A stretch of DNA of 64,000 nt from Felis catus. Taxonomy: Eukaryota. The notes under the pieces are model-generated. The model saw only the letters and a list, made by a program, of their open reading frames with translations. It had not been told where the DNA came from and ran no database searches. Within the stretch, counting starts at the first letter, position 1. Every line of letters begins with the position of its first letter. A program made the position numbers and the translations under genes. The stretch is taken from the NCBI RefSeq assembly GCF_018350175.1, contig NC_058368.1, positions 100,318,001 to 100,382,000 of the forward strand, in the 5' to 3' direction. This document shows positions 12,977 to 27,043 of the stretch, piece after piece.

Positions 12977-13532
12977 CATTGCTGGGAATTTACCCAAGGG
13001 ATACAGGAGTGCTGATGCCTAGGGGCACTTGTACCCCAATGTTGATAGCAGCGCTTTCAACAATAGCCAAATTATGGAAAGAGCCTAAATGTCCATCACC
13101 TGACAAATGGATAAAGAAGACGTGGTTTATATATACAATGGAATACTACTTGGCAATGAGAAAGAATGAAACCTGGCCATTTGCAGCAACATGGATGGAA
13201 TTGGAGAGTGTTATGCTAAGTGAAATAAGTCAGGCAGAGAAAGACAGATACCATATGTTTTCACTCATATGTGGATCCTGAGACACTTAACAGAAAACCA
13301 TGGGGAAGGGGATGGGGAAAAAGAAAAGTTATGGAGAAGGAGGGAGGCAAACCATAAGGGACTCTTAAATACTGAGAACAAACTGAGGGTTGATGGGGAG
13401 TGGGGGAGGGGGGAAAGTGGGTGATGGGCATTGAGGAGGGCACCTGTTGCGATGAGCACTGGGTGTTGTATGGAAACCAATTTGACAATAAATTATATTT
13501 AATATAAAAAATTAAAAAAAATAAGTGAGTAA
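12977..13532 (+). mobile_element. 5'-truncated carnivore/felid LINE-1 (ORF2 C-terminus, 3'UTR, tail)
   Basis: ORF 12979-13281 GIYP...CTPMLIAALSTIAKLWKEPKCPS...WMELESVMLSEISQ is the L1 ORF2p C-terminus; TSD AAAAGTGCA(G/T)TGAG at 12963 and 13533. Confidence 0.97.
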
Positions 13533-14859
13533 AAAAGTGCATTGAGGTAGTCAGTACCCAACATAAACTTTGCTTACCCCACAATTTTGCTCTAAAGCAC
13601 TGGCCTTGGGTAAGGATGGGACCCTGCTTTGAGGGCAGCCATGGGTGACTCATTGATGATGGCCAATGCAAAACAGAAGAACAACCCAGACGTCTGGTTG
13701 ACCTCAGCTTCAGATGCTCCTCTACATTTCATTGTTGAACAGGAATCTGCTACCAGGAGCCCATCTTGCTTGTCAGCAAAGAGGCAAGCCTTGCTGTTTT
13801 TACTGGCCAGGGTTCGTTGGCCAAATAATCTGCCCCAATTGGAGATTTCACTGGAAAATTGTCTCATGTTTTGCTTTTGTTTTTTGTTTTACTTTCAGTA
13901 GAACTGAAGAACACAAAACAGAAGTGAAAGTGGATGCTGCTGCCTCTCTGGGGTCACAGGCAAGGCACCAGCACATCCTGGACTGCTCAGGTTATCTGAG
14001 AACAAGTTGTACACATCAGTCAGCAGGCATAAACATGCCAACGTGCAAAAATTAAGCCACTTGATAAACCACTACAAGAAGGGATTTTTTTTTCCAACAT
14101 CTGCCTGGAGTAGGTAGAGGAAAATATTACAGGTAATTGAGTCAGGCTTCAGAAACCTGAAGCGTCATAAACCACCCTTCCCTGCCCCCCAAAAGAACTG
14201 ATAAGGTCTGCAGGTTTAATACTGATGCAAAAGCAAAAAGAAAGGGTTACCCTTTTTTTTAAAAACTCTAGAACTTCTCCTGGAAAGGAATTCAAAGCAG
14301 AAGGTAAAATAAGTGAATCCTTTTCACCAGGCTGATTAAAGAGTAGCAACTGTGTTGTCAACCCTGCCAGGACTCAAATGGCCCTATAGAATTCAGAATT
14401 GGAGGCGCTCGTAAGCCTCTTGATCTAGACAAATGGACAACAGACATCTGCCTGAAGGTGAAGAGCTGTTTTACTAACTGTCTCGTGTGGTAATTGACAG
14501 AAGCTGACAACAAAAATGGCAGAGATGTAGGTTAGGGGGTCAGTCATCTGCCAAGATCTGTTACCTTGGGGAAGGCAACAGTGCAGGGGTGGGTGTGGGA
14601 ACAGACCTCGTCTGTCCTGGGCCAGATAATTTTTGTTCATGTTTCTCTTCCATTCACACTTCAAAGCATGCCTCGCTGCTGCCTATTTCATGAGACCCTC
14701 TGTGTGTGCGAACACAAGGACGTGCAAGATGAAGATTTTAATTGGCCCTTGTCCTGGTCATTAGTTCATAGTTTGTGAGTAGGGAACTATGGTAACAATA
14801 ATAAAAGTCATCGTAATTTTTAAAAGGGAAAGAGTATAAGAATATATACTCATTCTTCT

Positions 14860-15240
14860 AAGTGTATCACTAGAGCTAATAGCAAAAGCAAACAAAAAAG
14901 TAACGACAGACCCAATGTCCATCAATGCATTGAAATATTAATCAGTCACTAGACAAAATGAGGCGGACCTATGTATTTTACATGAAAAGACGTCCATAAG
15001 ATTCTTTCAATTTTTAAGAAATTAAGTTGGGAACAAGATCCAAACTTTGACCTGATTTTGTGTTAAAAGGAAAAGAAATATCTTTTGATACACTCAAGGG
15101 GAAGGATCTGGAAGAGTACACTCAAACGCACACTTGAAGAATAGGTTTGAAAAGTAAGGTTTGGATTTTCATTTTCTAATGAATTAACTTCTTTACTACT
15201 GATATTTTTAAAAATGAACATAGATTAGTGGATTAATTTT
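14860..15240 (+). mobile_element. Probable very old L1 (L1ME-like) 3' fragment
   Basis: TAATAGCAAAA...AATGTCCATCAAT...GGATCTGGAAGAGTACAC motifs. Confidence 0.45.
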
Positions 15241-15639
15241 TTTAATAGTCAATTTTTTTGTTTAAAAATGAGGGAAATGATGAATAGAAAAAAGAATATG
15301 GAAAGAGCTGAGAGATATGTTTTCAAAATTTTCACTTTTGCCTGCAGAGCACCTTGTATGCCAAGAACAATTAATTTCATTGTGATGATTTAGTTGGTAT
15401 TCAATTCCAGTGGGTAAGTTAAGATTGATAGTCTCTTTAAAATTTCCGTGTATGTGTGTGTGTAATTTACGCTAACACATTGAGAGAAGGAAGGAGAAAT
15501 TATGTAATCGTTTCCGCTTTTCCTCTTTCTTTTCTCTACTTTGGGAAGCCTTTGTTACTCTTGTTTGCTTTTGTTCTCTCACCGTCTCTCTTTTGTGCAC
15601 AATTGTTATTTGCTTTCAAACAGAGAGTACAAATTGTAA

Positions 15640-16140
15640 ATCTTTCGATTACAAGTGACAGAAACCCAGCTCAAACTAGCCTATGGTAATAAGGAAAGCA
15701 GACTGGAAATTGGGGATGATGTGAATAAGAAACCAGGGGCTGAAGTTTTTTCATCAACATTTCCTTTCTCTTTCCCCCCCTCAGTACCGCCTTTCTCTAT
15801 GTTGGCTTCATTCTCAATTAGGCGGTCGACTCAGGGAGCAAAGATGGCCGCCACAGCTGCCCTAGCCTGAAATCACCCTCAGAGCCAACAACCCTACAGA
15901 ACAAGAGCGAATGCCTCTCTGTCTGTTGCTCAACCAATCTCCCATTCTTGTGCAATCTCTATGGCCACTAGAATGAGAGACTCCGATTGGTTAGTTTTGG
16001 CCATGTGCCCATCCCCACAGTAAAGGAGGCAGGTCAAGTGATAAATCTATCAACTGAGGAAGGGTGAGTTCCCCCTTTTTTCCCCAGAAGAAAAAGATAA
16101 CAGCTATTACCAGCAGGGAGAAGGTCTACTTAAGTAGGCA
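15640..16140 (-). mobile_element. MaLR solo LTR (MLT1-type)
   Basis: CAAGTGACAGAAACCCAGCTCAAACTAGC, AAGATGGCCGCCACAGC and GATTGG...CATGTGCCCATCCC hallmarks. Confidence 0.75.
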
Positions 16141-17101
16141 AAAAGTACAGATACATGCTAAAACGTGGGATTTTAAACTGTGTCACGTTCCATATGAAGA
16201 AGTAACAGAGCTGCTCTCATTTTCTTGGTCTTCATAAATTCTTGAAAGTTAGGCTTCCATGAGTTCTTAAAAATTCTGTCAGTGGATTGGAAGACATGAC
16301 TGCCTGTGATTTTCTTCCCTTGTGTATCCTGTCTCGAGCACAAGGCTCTTTCTCTGACTTGCTCAACTGTCCTGTCACTTGCCTTTCCAGTGATTTATCT
16401 CCAAAGGAAACTGGCAAAATGAAAAATTCTGATTTTAAAGATTTCTTCTTTGATTACGGGGGGGGGGGGGAGAAAATACAGTGTTTCAGATAGGCGTTTT
16501 AAAAGTCTTGAGCTGGTGAGTTTTGCATAAAAATAACTTATGTTCTTTTCCCCCAAGCCAGGAGTCCTTTAAAAAAAAGCAGGTGTTCCGGATACTAGAG
16601 ATGACAAACAGCTTTATAACTAACACAAGGAAGAACAGAGGACAGTGAACTCGCCTGCCAAGTGTTAAAGCCAAGGGCAAAATAGTCCAAAATGGATTTT
16701 TCTAGAACCATTTCAAAGCAGGGGAAGCCAAAGGATTAGTAAAACAGCGAGCCTATAGTCTGGTCACTTTGAAGTCTGATGTATTAGCTAGGTTGCTAAT
16801 GGCATACATTTACACAGATCTTTTCAAGGGAAAAGATTTTTTCCTTCAGCCAAGTATGAAGATATGATAGCTTTTTCCTCTGTTCTCAGATCATGCTAAG
16901 CATCTTCAACATCTGTTGCATAGTCTACATGGAGTGGGGCCATTGCCAAGAAATTTCCAGAATATACACTGGATGCCTTAGCTCACTGATTGCAAAGGCT
17001 TGTTTTCTGTTTGTTTAGTTGTTGTTTTGGAGGGAGGGAGAGGGAGTTTGGGATTAAGTTTGGAGAATCACGCAGGCTCTTTTGTTAAGGAAGCACAAAC
17101 A

Positions 17102-17322
17102 GGGGCACCTGGGTAGCTCAGCGGGGTTGAGGGGTTGGTTGAGCATCTTACTTTGGGTCAGGTCATGATCTCACGGTTCGGTTCGTGAGTACAAGCCCCA
17201 AGCTGCACATCGGGCTCGCTCCTGTCAGCAGAGCCCCCTTAGGATTCTCTGTCTGCAGCCCCCCCAATTTCTGCCCCTCCCCCTCCTCTCTCTCAAAAAT
17301 AAATAAACATTAAAAAAAAAAA
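17102..17322 (+). mobile_element. Carnivore SINE
   Basis: GGGGCACCTGGGTAGCTCAG head, AAAATAAATAAACATT-A tail, short TSD AAGCACA. Confidence 0.93.
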
Positions 17323-17678
17323 GCACATGCACTTTGAAGGGCCATATATTCTGCAGTTCCTCAGTCAGTTAGCCCAAGGATGAAGTAGTGTTTTGTTCTA
17401 TTTTGTTATTTTACGCTCCTGGCTTCCTTCTTTGGAAGCATCTTCAGAGCACATCAGTAATTTCCTTCCAACACTTATTGATGCGTTTTCTACCAAGCAT
17501 CAATTTTTCCAATACTGTGTAACTGTCACATCCATCTGTTACCTTCCACCTAGACCTGAAGTTGGTTAGCCTCCTGTTTTTTCCCTCTGACAACACTGCC
17601 ATCCATTTTGACAGAATGGTTTAGAAAAGATGCTTAGGGAGCAGGCATGGTGAGGGTGATTTTTCACTTTCCCTAGAA

Positions 17679-17977
17679 CAAAGCTGTCCGACAGATATAC
17701 AATGTGAGCAAAACGTGGGAGTTTCAGTTTTAAGGTAGTGAGATTTAAACAAAAAAAAAAAAATTACAGGAGAAATTGATTTTCAGTATTTGATTTAATC
17801 CAATATATCCAGACATTATACAATTATTAATGAGATCGTTTCCATTCTCTTTCTGTACTAAGATGCTGAAATACTGGTGGGCATTGTACAGTGACCACAC
17901 ATCTCAGTTTGGACTAGCCACAGTCCAAGTTCTCAGTAACTACCTCTGGCTACTGGCTACTGTATTGGACAGCGTGG
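17679..17977 (+). mobile_element. MER33/MER3-type hAT-Charlie MITE
   Basis: GCTGTCC...TTGGACAGC inverted ends, GGACTAGCCACA motif, 8-bp TSD CCCTAGA(A/G). Confidence 0.85.
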
Positions 17978-18789
17978 CCCTAGAGGGTCCCTGGAGACTA
18001 TACTTAAATTATTTGCTGTGGACATGTTATGCTTTTATATAATACTACATAGTATAGTCTGAGAAGTACAGGATGCTATGAACAATAGAATTGTGGTGTT
18101 TTTTTTTTTTTCCAAAAACACTCATTTCCTCAAATCCGTACCAAGATTCCAAGCTCTTTTCCCCTCGTCCATCTAGCTAGCAAAGCCACTGCCAAGGTCA
18201 TGACAGGTTTTAGAAAATGTGGAAAGTGAGAGCCGAGAAAAAGCCCTCCACATTTCGAAGTCACAATTCTTAAATTCCACGTTAGGTACCAAACATTTTC
18301 AGATGTATGTCCCTCATTATTTATGATTCTCACAGACGTTTTCCATCCCCCGCGTGATTTCCCGCTACCTGACTTGTTCTGGAAAGTATTTTGTGTTCCA
18401 GTCTCAGTCGTCCAAGGTTCGGGAACAGTTCATCTCTCCACCTCAGCTACATGTGTTTAATAGCCCTGCTTGACCTTCACACCGGGGAGGATGTCGTAGG
18501 AGCTCGACTTTCTCTGAAGGCTCGCTGTCTGGGGATGAGCAGCGTGCCGTGACATTGTCCTCACAGATGCTTTGCAAGCACTTTGAATGTTTCAGCATTT
18601 CCACCTGGGTTTCCTGAATATATGGATGACGGCATCGCTGGTTGTTTTTGTATGTGTGTGGTGCCAGTCGAAGAGGTAGATTGATAGGACCCTCCTTGAA
18701 TCACTTCGTTATTTGAGAACTACTCTGAACACTCTTGGCTTCTTAGTGGTGGGGTGGTTGGGTGCTCAGCAGTCCCAGCTGGTTCCTCT

Positions 18790-19090
18790 GCCTGGGACTC
18801 TTCTCCTCTCAATGTTCACTGGTTTGGCTCCCTCTCACCCTTCAAATCTCAGAGGCCTTCCCTGACCACCTAGTGTTCTATTAGATCCTTCATTTTTTTT
18901 TTTTTTTTGCCACAGCAGTCTGTTTTCTGCCTTTACAGCTCTTAGCAACACTGAAATGCACTTGTTTATTGACTCTGTCAAAGGGCAGCCCTGTGTGTCC
19001 ATTCCATCCACCCCAATATATCCTAAACAACTAGCTCGTTGCCCAGGGCACAGCAGGTGCTCAACTATATTAATTTGCTGGATAAGTGCA
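18790..19090 (+). mobile_element. L2 3' fragment
   Basis: TCTCAGAGGCCTTCCCTGACCACC...GGCACAGCAGGTGCTCAA. Confidence 0.7.
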
Positions 19091-19669
19091 TAACAAGTTA
19101 TATTTTTCCAAGAACTGTATTCTTCCATTTAGATCACATTGGTGGTAAACTCATCAAAATCATATTGACCGCCCTAGAGTTAAAAATACTGACAACGCTT
19201 TTCTCACTAAAGATGTTCCATTTTTCAAAATACTTCTACTTCATCAGTTCTTGAATTGTGCGTCAAATCACTCACAGTGGTCTGGGAAGAATGTTAGGTG
19301 CCTTTGACAATCCAATGCTAAATATCAAATGAGAGCCACATTTTCAAAACTCTTAAATTGCCAGAGCACCAGCGACAATACTTAAACATGAACTAAAAGT
19401 CTTTCTGAATAACATCACACATAATCTAAAGGCTTATAATAAAAGTAGGGCCGTGGATGACTATACACATACCCCATAGGAACCCAAGATGTACTTCAAT
19501 TCCAGTTCGAGAAGCAAAGCATCCCAGTGCTATTTAATGCCGTGATATAAGTAGAGAAGAAATGAACTCTACAGTCAGCTAGCACAGCCCTGGGCTTCAG
19601 AACCCACATTTCCAGGGAAATTTCCAGGGAATTCATGCAGGTGCTATAGGCCTTCCACAGTTCATTTGT

Positions 19670-19905
19670 TTGGCAAATACTTATTAATATTCTTATGTGT
19701 CCAGGTTTAAGTTCTCTTAGAATACTGACTTATTCAGTTATCATAACAATCTTGTGAGATAGGCACTATGAGCATCCCATTTTGTAGTTGTGGAAACTAA
19801 GGCCTGGCCACATTCCCTAACTTCGAAGATGGTACGAAATGAAGCTGAGATTTGAATCCAGGAAGTCTGACACCGAGATCAGTGTGCCTAACCTCTACTC
19901 TGCAG
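19670..19905 (-). mobile_element. MIR SINE
   Basis: CATAACAATCTTGTGAGATAGG...CCCATTTTGTAG.TG.GGAAACTAAGGC...GATTTGAATCCAGG core. Confidence 0.8.
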
Positions 19906-21032
19906 GGCTGCCCTAGACTTTAAATTTACAAGCCTTTAGTCTATCAACAATTACATCTTTCTCTCTTCTTCCCACAAGCCACCTTTAAAACATTTCCCAT
20001 GATTTACAAGGAACATTTTTCATCAGCCATCAGCTTTCCTCATCTAGTTCAATATGAATTTCGCTTTTCTCCCCTTGTTTTCTTCTAAAGGGGACCATAT
20101 GTCCCCAAGCTGAGGAATTGGGAACTGGAAGCTGTAAATTTAGAGGAAAAAGTAAAACTCACAACACAGTCATATCTAAGAAGACTGAAAACCATACTTC
20201 ATTTTCTGAACTAGTTTTTCTTCCGAAAAGCTGTTTGGAAACAGGATTTATTCTGCTTTGGAACAGAGGGGATTATAATTACTTATGCATTCCATTCACT
20301 GCCGGCTTTCTCCTGCTGCTCAGAGGTAACCAGTTCGAATGTCTCTGTGTGGCTTATCCAAGGGTAAAAAGATTTTGTTCTATTAACCCACTAGAAACTG
20401 CTCAGGGATAAAGCCAAAAACCAGTGCATCCTAGCTTTAATCCCCATAGCATCAAAATCTCCTTGTTGCACTTCATAATACTGAGCGTCGTCTGTCGACC
20501 CATCTAATCATCTTCAAGTGCATGGGTTTGGTCTCAACATAGAATAGGTAAGAAAAAAGGTGAGTTACTTACAAAGACAACAGAAACTCTGAATCTAAGA
20601 TATAGCACAGGAATATTCAAAGCACAGATGAAATCACTATCAAAATGAAGAAGAGAGACTGTAGTTGCCTGGAAGACTGAATTCAGTTAAATCCACAGTG
20701 TGGTTACAATTGATAAGTAATCAGTGGAATGCGTTTTCGTAAATCTCCTGTTCTGCCACCAGGGCAGGTCCATGCGAACGTGGCACGGTGTTCACAAGTT
20801 GACCCACATTCCTCTTCAAATCACTTAACCACACTCAGCTGACCTGCATTCCTTTTTAGAACAATCTAATCAAATTCATTTCAAATACCAAAACCTCCAG
20901 CTCAAGATTTAATCGGTGTTTATGCACACGCGTGAAATCTCTAGTGTCCACGTGTGCCCTTGACGATGAAGACTCCATGTTTACAGAATTTTGCAGAACT
21001 TCCCAGCCATAGTTTTTCAATCTTATATGGAT

Positions 21033-21128
21033 TCCCTCTCTCTCTCTTCTCCTTCCCCTCCCCCTTCCCCTCCTCCTGCCTCTTCCCTTCCCCCTCATCC
21101 CCCTCCCCATCCCCCTCCTCTCTTTCTT
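21033..21128. repeat. Polypyrimidine (CCCCTT/CT)n tract
   Basis: Nearly pure C/T run. Confidence 0.9.
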
Positions 21129-21689
21129 AAGAGGTCTTTAATTGGTGGGATATACCAATAGTTGAAAACACCCATCCTGAGCCTGAGTCTTAGAAACGAT
21201 TTCTCTCTCCTATTCACCCACATTGGAAAGTAGTGTAAGCCAATAGGCAAATTACTAATGTGGAAGCTCTGGAAAATATATCAATCCCATGGTATAGCAT
21301 AAAGAATCTGGCTGACTAGTTAATAACTAAGATATTGTTATGTACACGTGTCATATTATGGAAGCAAATATGCTGACTGTTTGGCACCTTACAGCATTTT
21401 CATTTATCCCTAATGAAGCTGAATACTCTGATGTCAGAGGGCTATGTAAATCACCAACAGCAAAAAAACCAAATGTATGGAAAAGTTGAATAATCAGACT
21501 GCATTTTGAAGGATTTAAAACACTCCTCAGTTATTGTTGTAGAGTGTTAGGAATTTCCCTTGCAGACAAAAATGTTGGATGTAAAAGTTTGCTTAGAAAT
21601 AACCATCTTACGGCGACATAACAGGTCCACGGCCTTAATTTATACCAGTGACTAGGGTAGCTATTCATGAAGATAAAAAAAAGACACAA

Positions 21690-22248
21690 GTACCCAATCA
21701 AAGCCAAACACAGACAAGTAAGATTGACTTTATTCAGGTTCTGGCAATACCCTGAGCACCCTAAATCCAAGCATCTGAGTGTTTCTGCACGGGCATTTTG
21801 TGTTAGACTTTTACAGGGAGGGAGAGGCAAGTTGCAGGTGGGGTGATGTATCGTCGGGATTGCTTTGCAATCAAGGGAAGTCTAGATCAGTTAGCTGAAC
21901 AGGAAATGTTTTTTCTGTGTGTAGCAAGTTTCAGAGGGACAAACAGTTGAATCTCAGCTATTCATTCATGAGACAAAGAAAGGGAAGTTGGAGGGTCTGT
22001 GTCTAGTCCTGCCAGCACGTTCATCCAGAAGGGGAAAGTCTCTGTTTGGCCTTGGTCATAGGTAAACAAGGGAATCACCTACAGAGCTTATGGAGTCATG
22101 AGAAAGAGGAGACCATGAGTTTTATCAATTATACAGGGAGTTGGCTTTTTGTGGTAAGACATTTCCTGGAACATGAAAAGGTGGGGGCATTTCTCATCCG
22201 TTGCTGATTTCTGGGAGCACAAGCCTCAGGCACATTTTACTGTTGTCA
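21690..22248 (-). mobile_element. ERV1 solo LTR (MER31/MER67-like)
   Basis: Minus strand begins TGACA...CCTGAGGCTTGTGCTCCCAGAAA; AATAAA on minus strand near 21730; downstream boundary approximate. Confidence 0.65.
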
Positions 22249-22395
22249 ATGCTAGTCTGATTCAGATTGGCGGCGTCAATAGACAGATAAGGAGATGGGA
22301 TATAACCCAGGGGGAGTCTGTTCAAACAGAACCAAAGGCAACAAGCCACCCTGAGGGGGAAAATATTTTCCATAAAAATTATCTGGAAAAATGTG

Positions 22396-22514
22396 GTCCG
22401 TGGGTGGCTCTCAGTCAGTGAAACATTGAACTCTTGATCTCAGCTCAGGTCTTGATCTCAGGGCCCTGAGTTCAGGTCCACATTGGATGTGGAGTCTACT
22501 TTAAAAAAAAAAAA
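22396..22514 (+). mobile_element. Short, older carnivore SINE
   Basis: GGGTGGCTC..AGTCAGTG...CTCTTGATCTCAGCTCAGGTCTTGATCTCAGG...A tail. Confidence 0.8.
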
Positions 22515-23336
22515 AGGATCCGGTGGTGGTGGGGGCGGGGGGAAGGTGACCTATTACACATGATGTAAGTGGAATTCCTGGGAAATCCGCTGGGGTCAGG
22601 ATGGTGAAGAAATGCTACTTTTAAATGAAAACTGGAGGTTTTTGGATGAAGCTTTACAAGAATGGGCAGGGAGTCTCTCGGGGGTGCAGGTGAAGTGGGA
22701 GCCCAAGTCAACCTCAGGTAGAATAAAGTGCTAACCTGCAAAAATCTGGCAATTGGGTTAAAGTAAATGTAGTTAAATCCAGTCATGAAATTTACATACT
22801 GCCTGCCTGAATAGAGTTTGGATCCAGACTTCCTCTAGGTATTTCAGCGGCTTTACAGATTCACTGTGCTCTGTGTTGGTAGCTCACTATGGAAAACGAA
22901 CACAGAGGAAAGATCATGGCCCCCAAACAGTTGACCCCCCCCAAAAAAACCCTTTGCCCCCAGTAGACTCTTTTTGTATTTTTGCCCCAAGCTACCTCAG
23001 AACACATCAAGACACTCTCCTTCATCTGATCATATTTTTGCACGTGATTTCATTGTTTCCATTTAAAAATACCAACAAAACTTCTAATGATCCGTAAGGA
23101 TAGGTAAAGCATAGTAACAGGATTCATTGAAATCCCAGGATAATCTCAGTGAGTGAGGTTAACAATCCATAAAGTTTCTTCTATATCAAATCTTTTATTA
23201 AAGCTGCCATATTATAAGCAGCTAAGCTGCTGGACTTGAATTTCATCTCCCTCCCAATTCTAAGTTTATTAGAAGTCTAAGATGAAGCAAAGGCTAAATC
23301 TTGCCCCAAGAAGAGAGAAAAGAAATACTGAAGGGG

Positions 23337-23530
23337 AGGGGCACCTGGGTGACTCAGTTGGTTGAGCTTCCGACTCTTGGCTCAGGTCATGGTCTGATGG
23401 TTTGTGAGATCGAGCCCCGCATCCGGCTCTGTGCTGACAAAGCCTCCTTGGAATTCTCTGTCTTCCTTTCTTTCTGCCCCTCTCCTGCTCATATGCTCTC
23501 AAAATTAATAAATTAAAAAAAATGTTTTTA
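23337..23530 (+). mobile_element. Carnivore SINE
   Basis: GGGGCACCTGGGTGACTCAGTTGG head and A-rich tail. Confidence 0.93.
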
Positions 23531-25341
23531 AAGAAGGCAAAATCTACATTGAAAGAATAGGAAAACAAGAGAATTGTTTTCTGCTTGATCATTGACAATG
23601 TTCTAGCAGGTTTATCCAATTTTTGTAGCACAATAAAGATATGTAATGGAAACTGGGTAAAAGGATAGAGGCAGATGTTTAATTGTAATAATTGAATGAA
23701 CAATTAGATGTCAGCTCTTTGGCAGATGATATACAGTGAAATGCACTTCTGTACCAATTATTTTCAGTAGCTAGCTCTTGAGTATAAAAATGTGCTCAGT
23801 GTTGAATCGAAATATGAAGAATACAAACTCCCTGGTATCTTGATGGGAGGTGACAGTTGAATAGTAGGGGATAAGAAATGGACACAAAGCAGAAATGGTG
23901 CTCCAAAATGGGAACATCCTGTGTGGTGTTAGGCACAGGTAGCAGTCTTCCTAAAAGGGGTAAATGGTCCAGTAGCGGAGGTTGCTAAGTGCTTTCATTG
24001 GTACTAAGTAGCCTACCAAGGCAGCTGCTTGATTAGGAAACTGAGTATCAGACTGGTTGGTAATAAGCAATTGAAAGACTAGGCGGAGTAGTTCATGAAC
24101 TTGATAAAAGAGTCAACACGATGTTGAGGAAGCTGGCTTTCTTGCCATCCGCTCTATAATCTAGCAGCTCTGTTCCAACGCAACTACACTACCTCCACGC
24201 TTTGGCATGTGGTTTAAGATTTAGCAACAGATTGCACAGAAGAAGCAAACCAACAAACAATCCAAGCAAAAGCAAACTCATGGACTATGTAGGAAAGTAT
24301 ATATAAGCGTAGGCTAAAATCACAGTGTAAAAATAATCACATGGAAACAATGGTAAACATGTAATCAAAAACATGTTAGAAAGAGAATAAACCATAACGA
24401 AAGAACTCTAAAAAAAAATGGAAAAATATCTGAAACAACATCTCAAAGATTGCTCTTTCACACTATGGCATGCTATTCCTTCGGCTGCCAAAACCAGAGA
24501 ACTTTTTTTTCCTGGGAAAACCCATTTTCTGTACCTGCAACACAGTCGGGCCCCTCTTGTGGAACCATTTAAACTGAATTAACACCTGACTCATTGTTAG
24601 AGCTAGTAGATGTTTACAGCAGTGGGAAGAAGATGTCCATTAATCACTCTTCAACAACTTAGTCCTTCAATAAATTAAAATCTGATTTTTAAAGAACAGG
24701 ACGTCAAAATATTTAACAAGATGGCAGTGAAACTATGCTCTCTGTAGACCACGTCAAGGATGACACCAATTTCCACCCATATCTACTGGATGGAAGCAAG
24801 ATGTGCTTTTCTCGGAGTTTATACAAGGCAAAAAAAAAAAAAAAAAAGGGAAAACACAAAAAAACGGTATTTTTATTTTAACCAGATGTGAATGAATTAA
24901 GCCCAATATTTTCAAGTATTTTTAGTGCCATATGATGTCATCTGATTTTATATTTTCTACTGAGGGATAATGTGTGTTTTCAAAATTGTGAAGCCACTTT
25001 CCATGTATGTACTTAAAGTCATATGTATGATAAATGACAATAAACAAATTACAAGGCTGCAGGACACGCTCTTGGCTGTTTATGTCGAAAAGCAGAGAGG
25101 GAGAGATTTAGTTTTTCAATAGGAAATCAAATTAAAAGCATGTGAAATGTCTTCTGCTGGCCTTCAAGGTAGTCCTCATTTTAGTAATTATGTACTTGTC
25201 CAAAACAGGTCCAGAACAGGATTGCTGAGCTGTGTCCTCCTAATCCTACAACTTGCCTTTTTCCGGCCAACAGAGCAACCCATGGACTCCACAGGCACTA
25301 TGTGCAGTGTTACACGAGTCATCCAGAGAACCCCAGTTTTT

Positions 25342-25563
25342 CTTTTTTTTTTACTGTTTATTTATGAGAGAGTCAGAGCGTGAGCGGGGCTGGGGGGGGC
25401 GGGTGGAGAGAGAGAGAGAGGGAGACACAGAATCTGAAGCAGACTCCAGGCTCTGAGCTGTCAGCAGAGAGCCCCATGTGGGGCTGGGACTCAAAGACCC
25501 CGAGATCGTGACCTGAGCTGAAGTCCTATAATGCTCAACCGAACTGAGCCATCCAGGTGCCCC
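25342..25563 (-). mobile_element. Carnivore SINE
   Basis: CTGAGCCATCCAGGTGCCCC head; TSD AGAGAACCCCAGTTTTT. Confidence 0.95.
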
Positions 25564-27043
25564 CAGAGAACCCCAGTTTTTAAACAACCAGGTCCTTGCT
25601 GGTTGTTACATACTGGATCTATATTATAATGAACATATGTAATAATACAGTATTACATGCCATTAATATATAATACATTACCATTATTCTATGGAGTAAA
25701 TATATTATCGATGATGTATCTTCACTGACAGGCTCACACATGCTACACATCCCCAGTGCCATTAACCCAGATTAAGTGCTGAGTTTCTCAGGATCGTGGC
25801 GCCACTCGTGCTTGCTTGGACCTGGCAGGGGAACAAAGAGGATGGATGGACGAGAACTTGCTTCCTCACACTTTTCTCTGGGGCAGCAACGGGCAAGTAG
25901 CCACACCCTGGAGCAAGAGAGTGGCCCTCCATAGCATTGCTGAGTGAACTTCTGGAGTCATCTCTCCTGGGAAAGAGATTTCTTAAAAACCATTTAAAGC
26001 TTTCCAAAGGGCAAAAGCGAGATGGTCGTGAGCCAATGTTACCATAAATGCTTCCACTCTCCCTGATTTCATTTCGGAAATAAGGAAGGAAAGACGCAGT
26101 CACCACTGCTGGCTTGCCCACACGCCTCACCAGCTGCCCACAGCCCCCCCCCATCCCCCCCCCCCCATCGCTCCCTGTCTCCCATTAAGAAAAAGACGCT
26201 AAAAGTAAAGTTAATATTCCTGTAGGGACGGTGATGTGTTCAACGCTGTACAATTAAAAAGCCATTATTTCAGACCAAAGTCTCCAGCCAGCACCCACGC
26301 TTGAGCAAAGCACGTTCCGGGCCAAGCCCCCTTGTCCTCCTCTCCCTGGCGAAGTCCTGGAGGGGACGAGCCTCCGGGGCGGGAAGGAGGAGTGGGGGCG
26401 AGGACTCCGTGCCAGCGCCACATCCTCTGCCAAAGGCTTCGCAGGCACAGCAGTGTCCCAGTACTGTGCCCACCTTCCGTTTCCCCTCCCCGAGTCCCTC
26501 GTCCCGGTTCAGGCCGGACCCCGCTGGACTGATTTGGGGACCAATGAGGTGGCAGCGGCTGACGCGTGGATCCCGGTGAGGGTCGATTTCATTTCCAGGG
26601 GGAGAGGCCGCCGGGCGGGGGGCGGAGGAGAAGGAGGGAAGCGGGGGGCAAAAAGTAGGAGGGGAGGAGAGGAGAAGCCCAGCTGGGGAGACGCAAAGGC
26701 AGCAGAGGCGAACGAGCGAAAGGTTGAGAAGGAAGCGCAGGTTCGCGGACAGCGGCGGGCGAGTGGGGAGGCGGCGCGGGAGGGGCGTGGGCCGGCCGGG
26801 GAGGGTCGCCGTCAGGCGGGCGGAGCAGGGGCGCGCGGCCCGGTGGGGTGGGGGGGGCGGACGCGGGGACGCGGGGCGCGCGGCGGCTCCGGCAGCCCGG
26901 GCGGTGTGGCCGCGCCCCCGTCCCCGGCGGTGCGCCCCGCGTCCCCCCGCGCCGGCTCCGCGCCCGGCCGCCCCGGGGCTGCCCCCGCCCGCGCGCGCCC
27001 GTTGGGGGGCCGGGGGAGCGGCGCCGGCGGCCCGGCCGCATTG

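Noticed and set aside
12979..13281. 100-aa ORF as a host gene
   Set aside because: It is the L1 ORF2p C-terminus of a 5'-truncated insertion bounded by a TSD.
26125..26133. Minus-strand donor CTG|GTGAGG suggesting a divergent transcript
   Set aside because: A single motif with no other support; cannot be distinguished from chance without RNA data.
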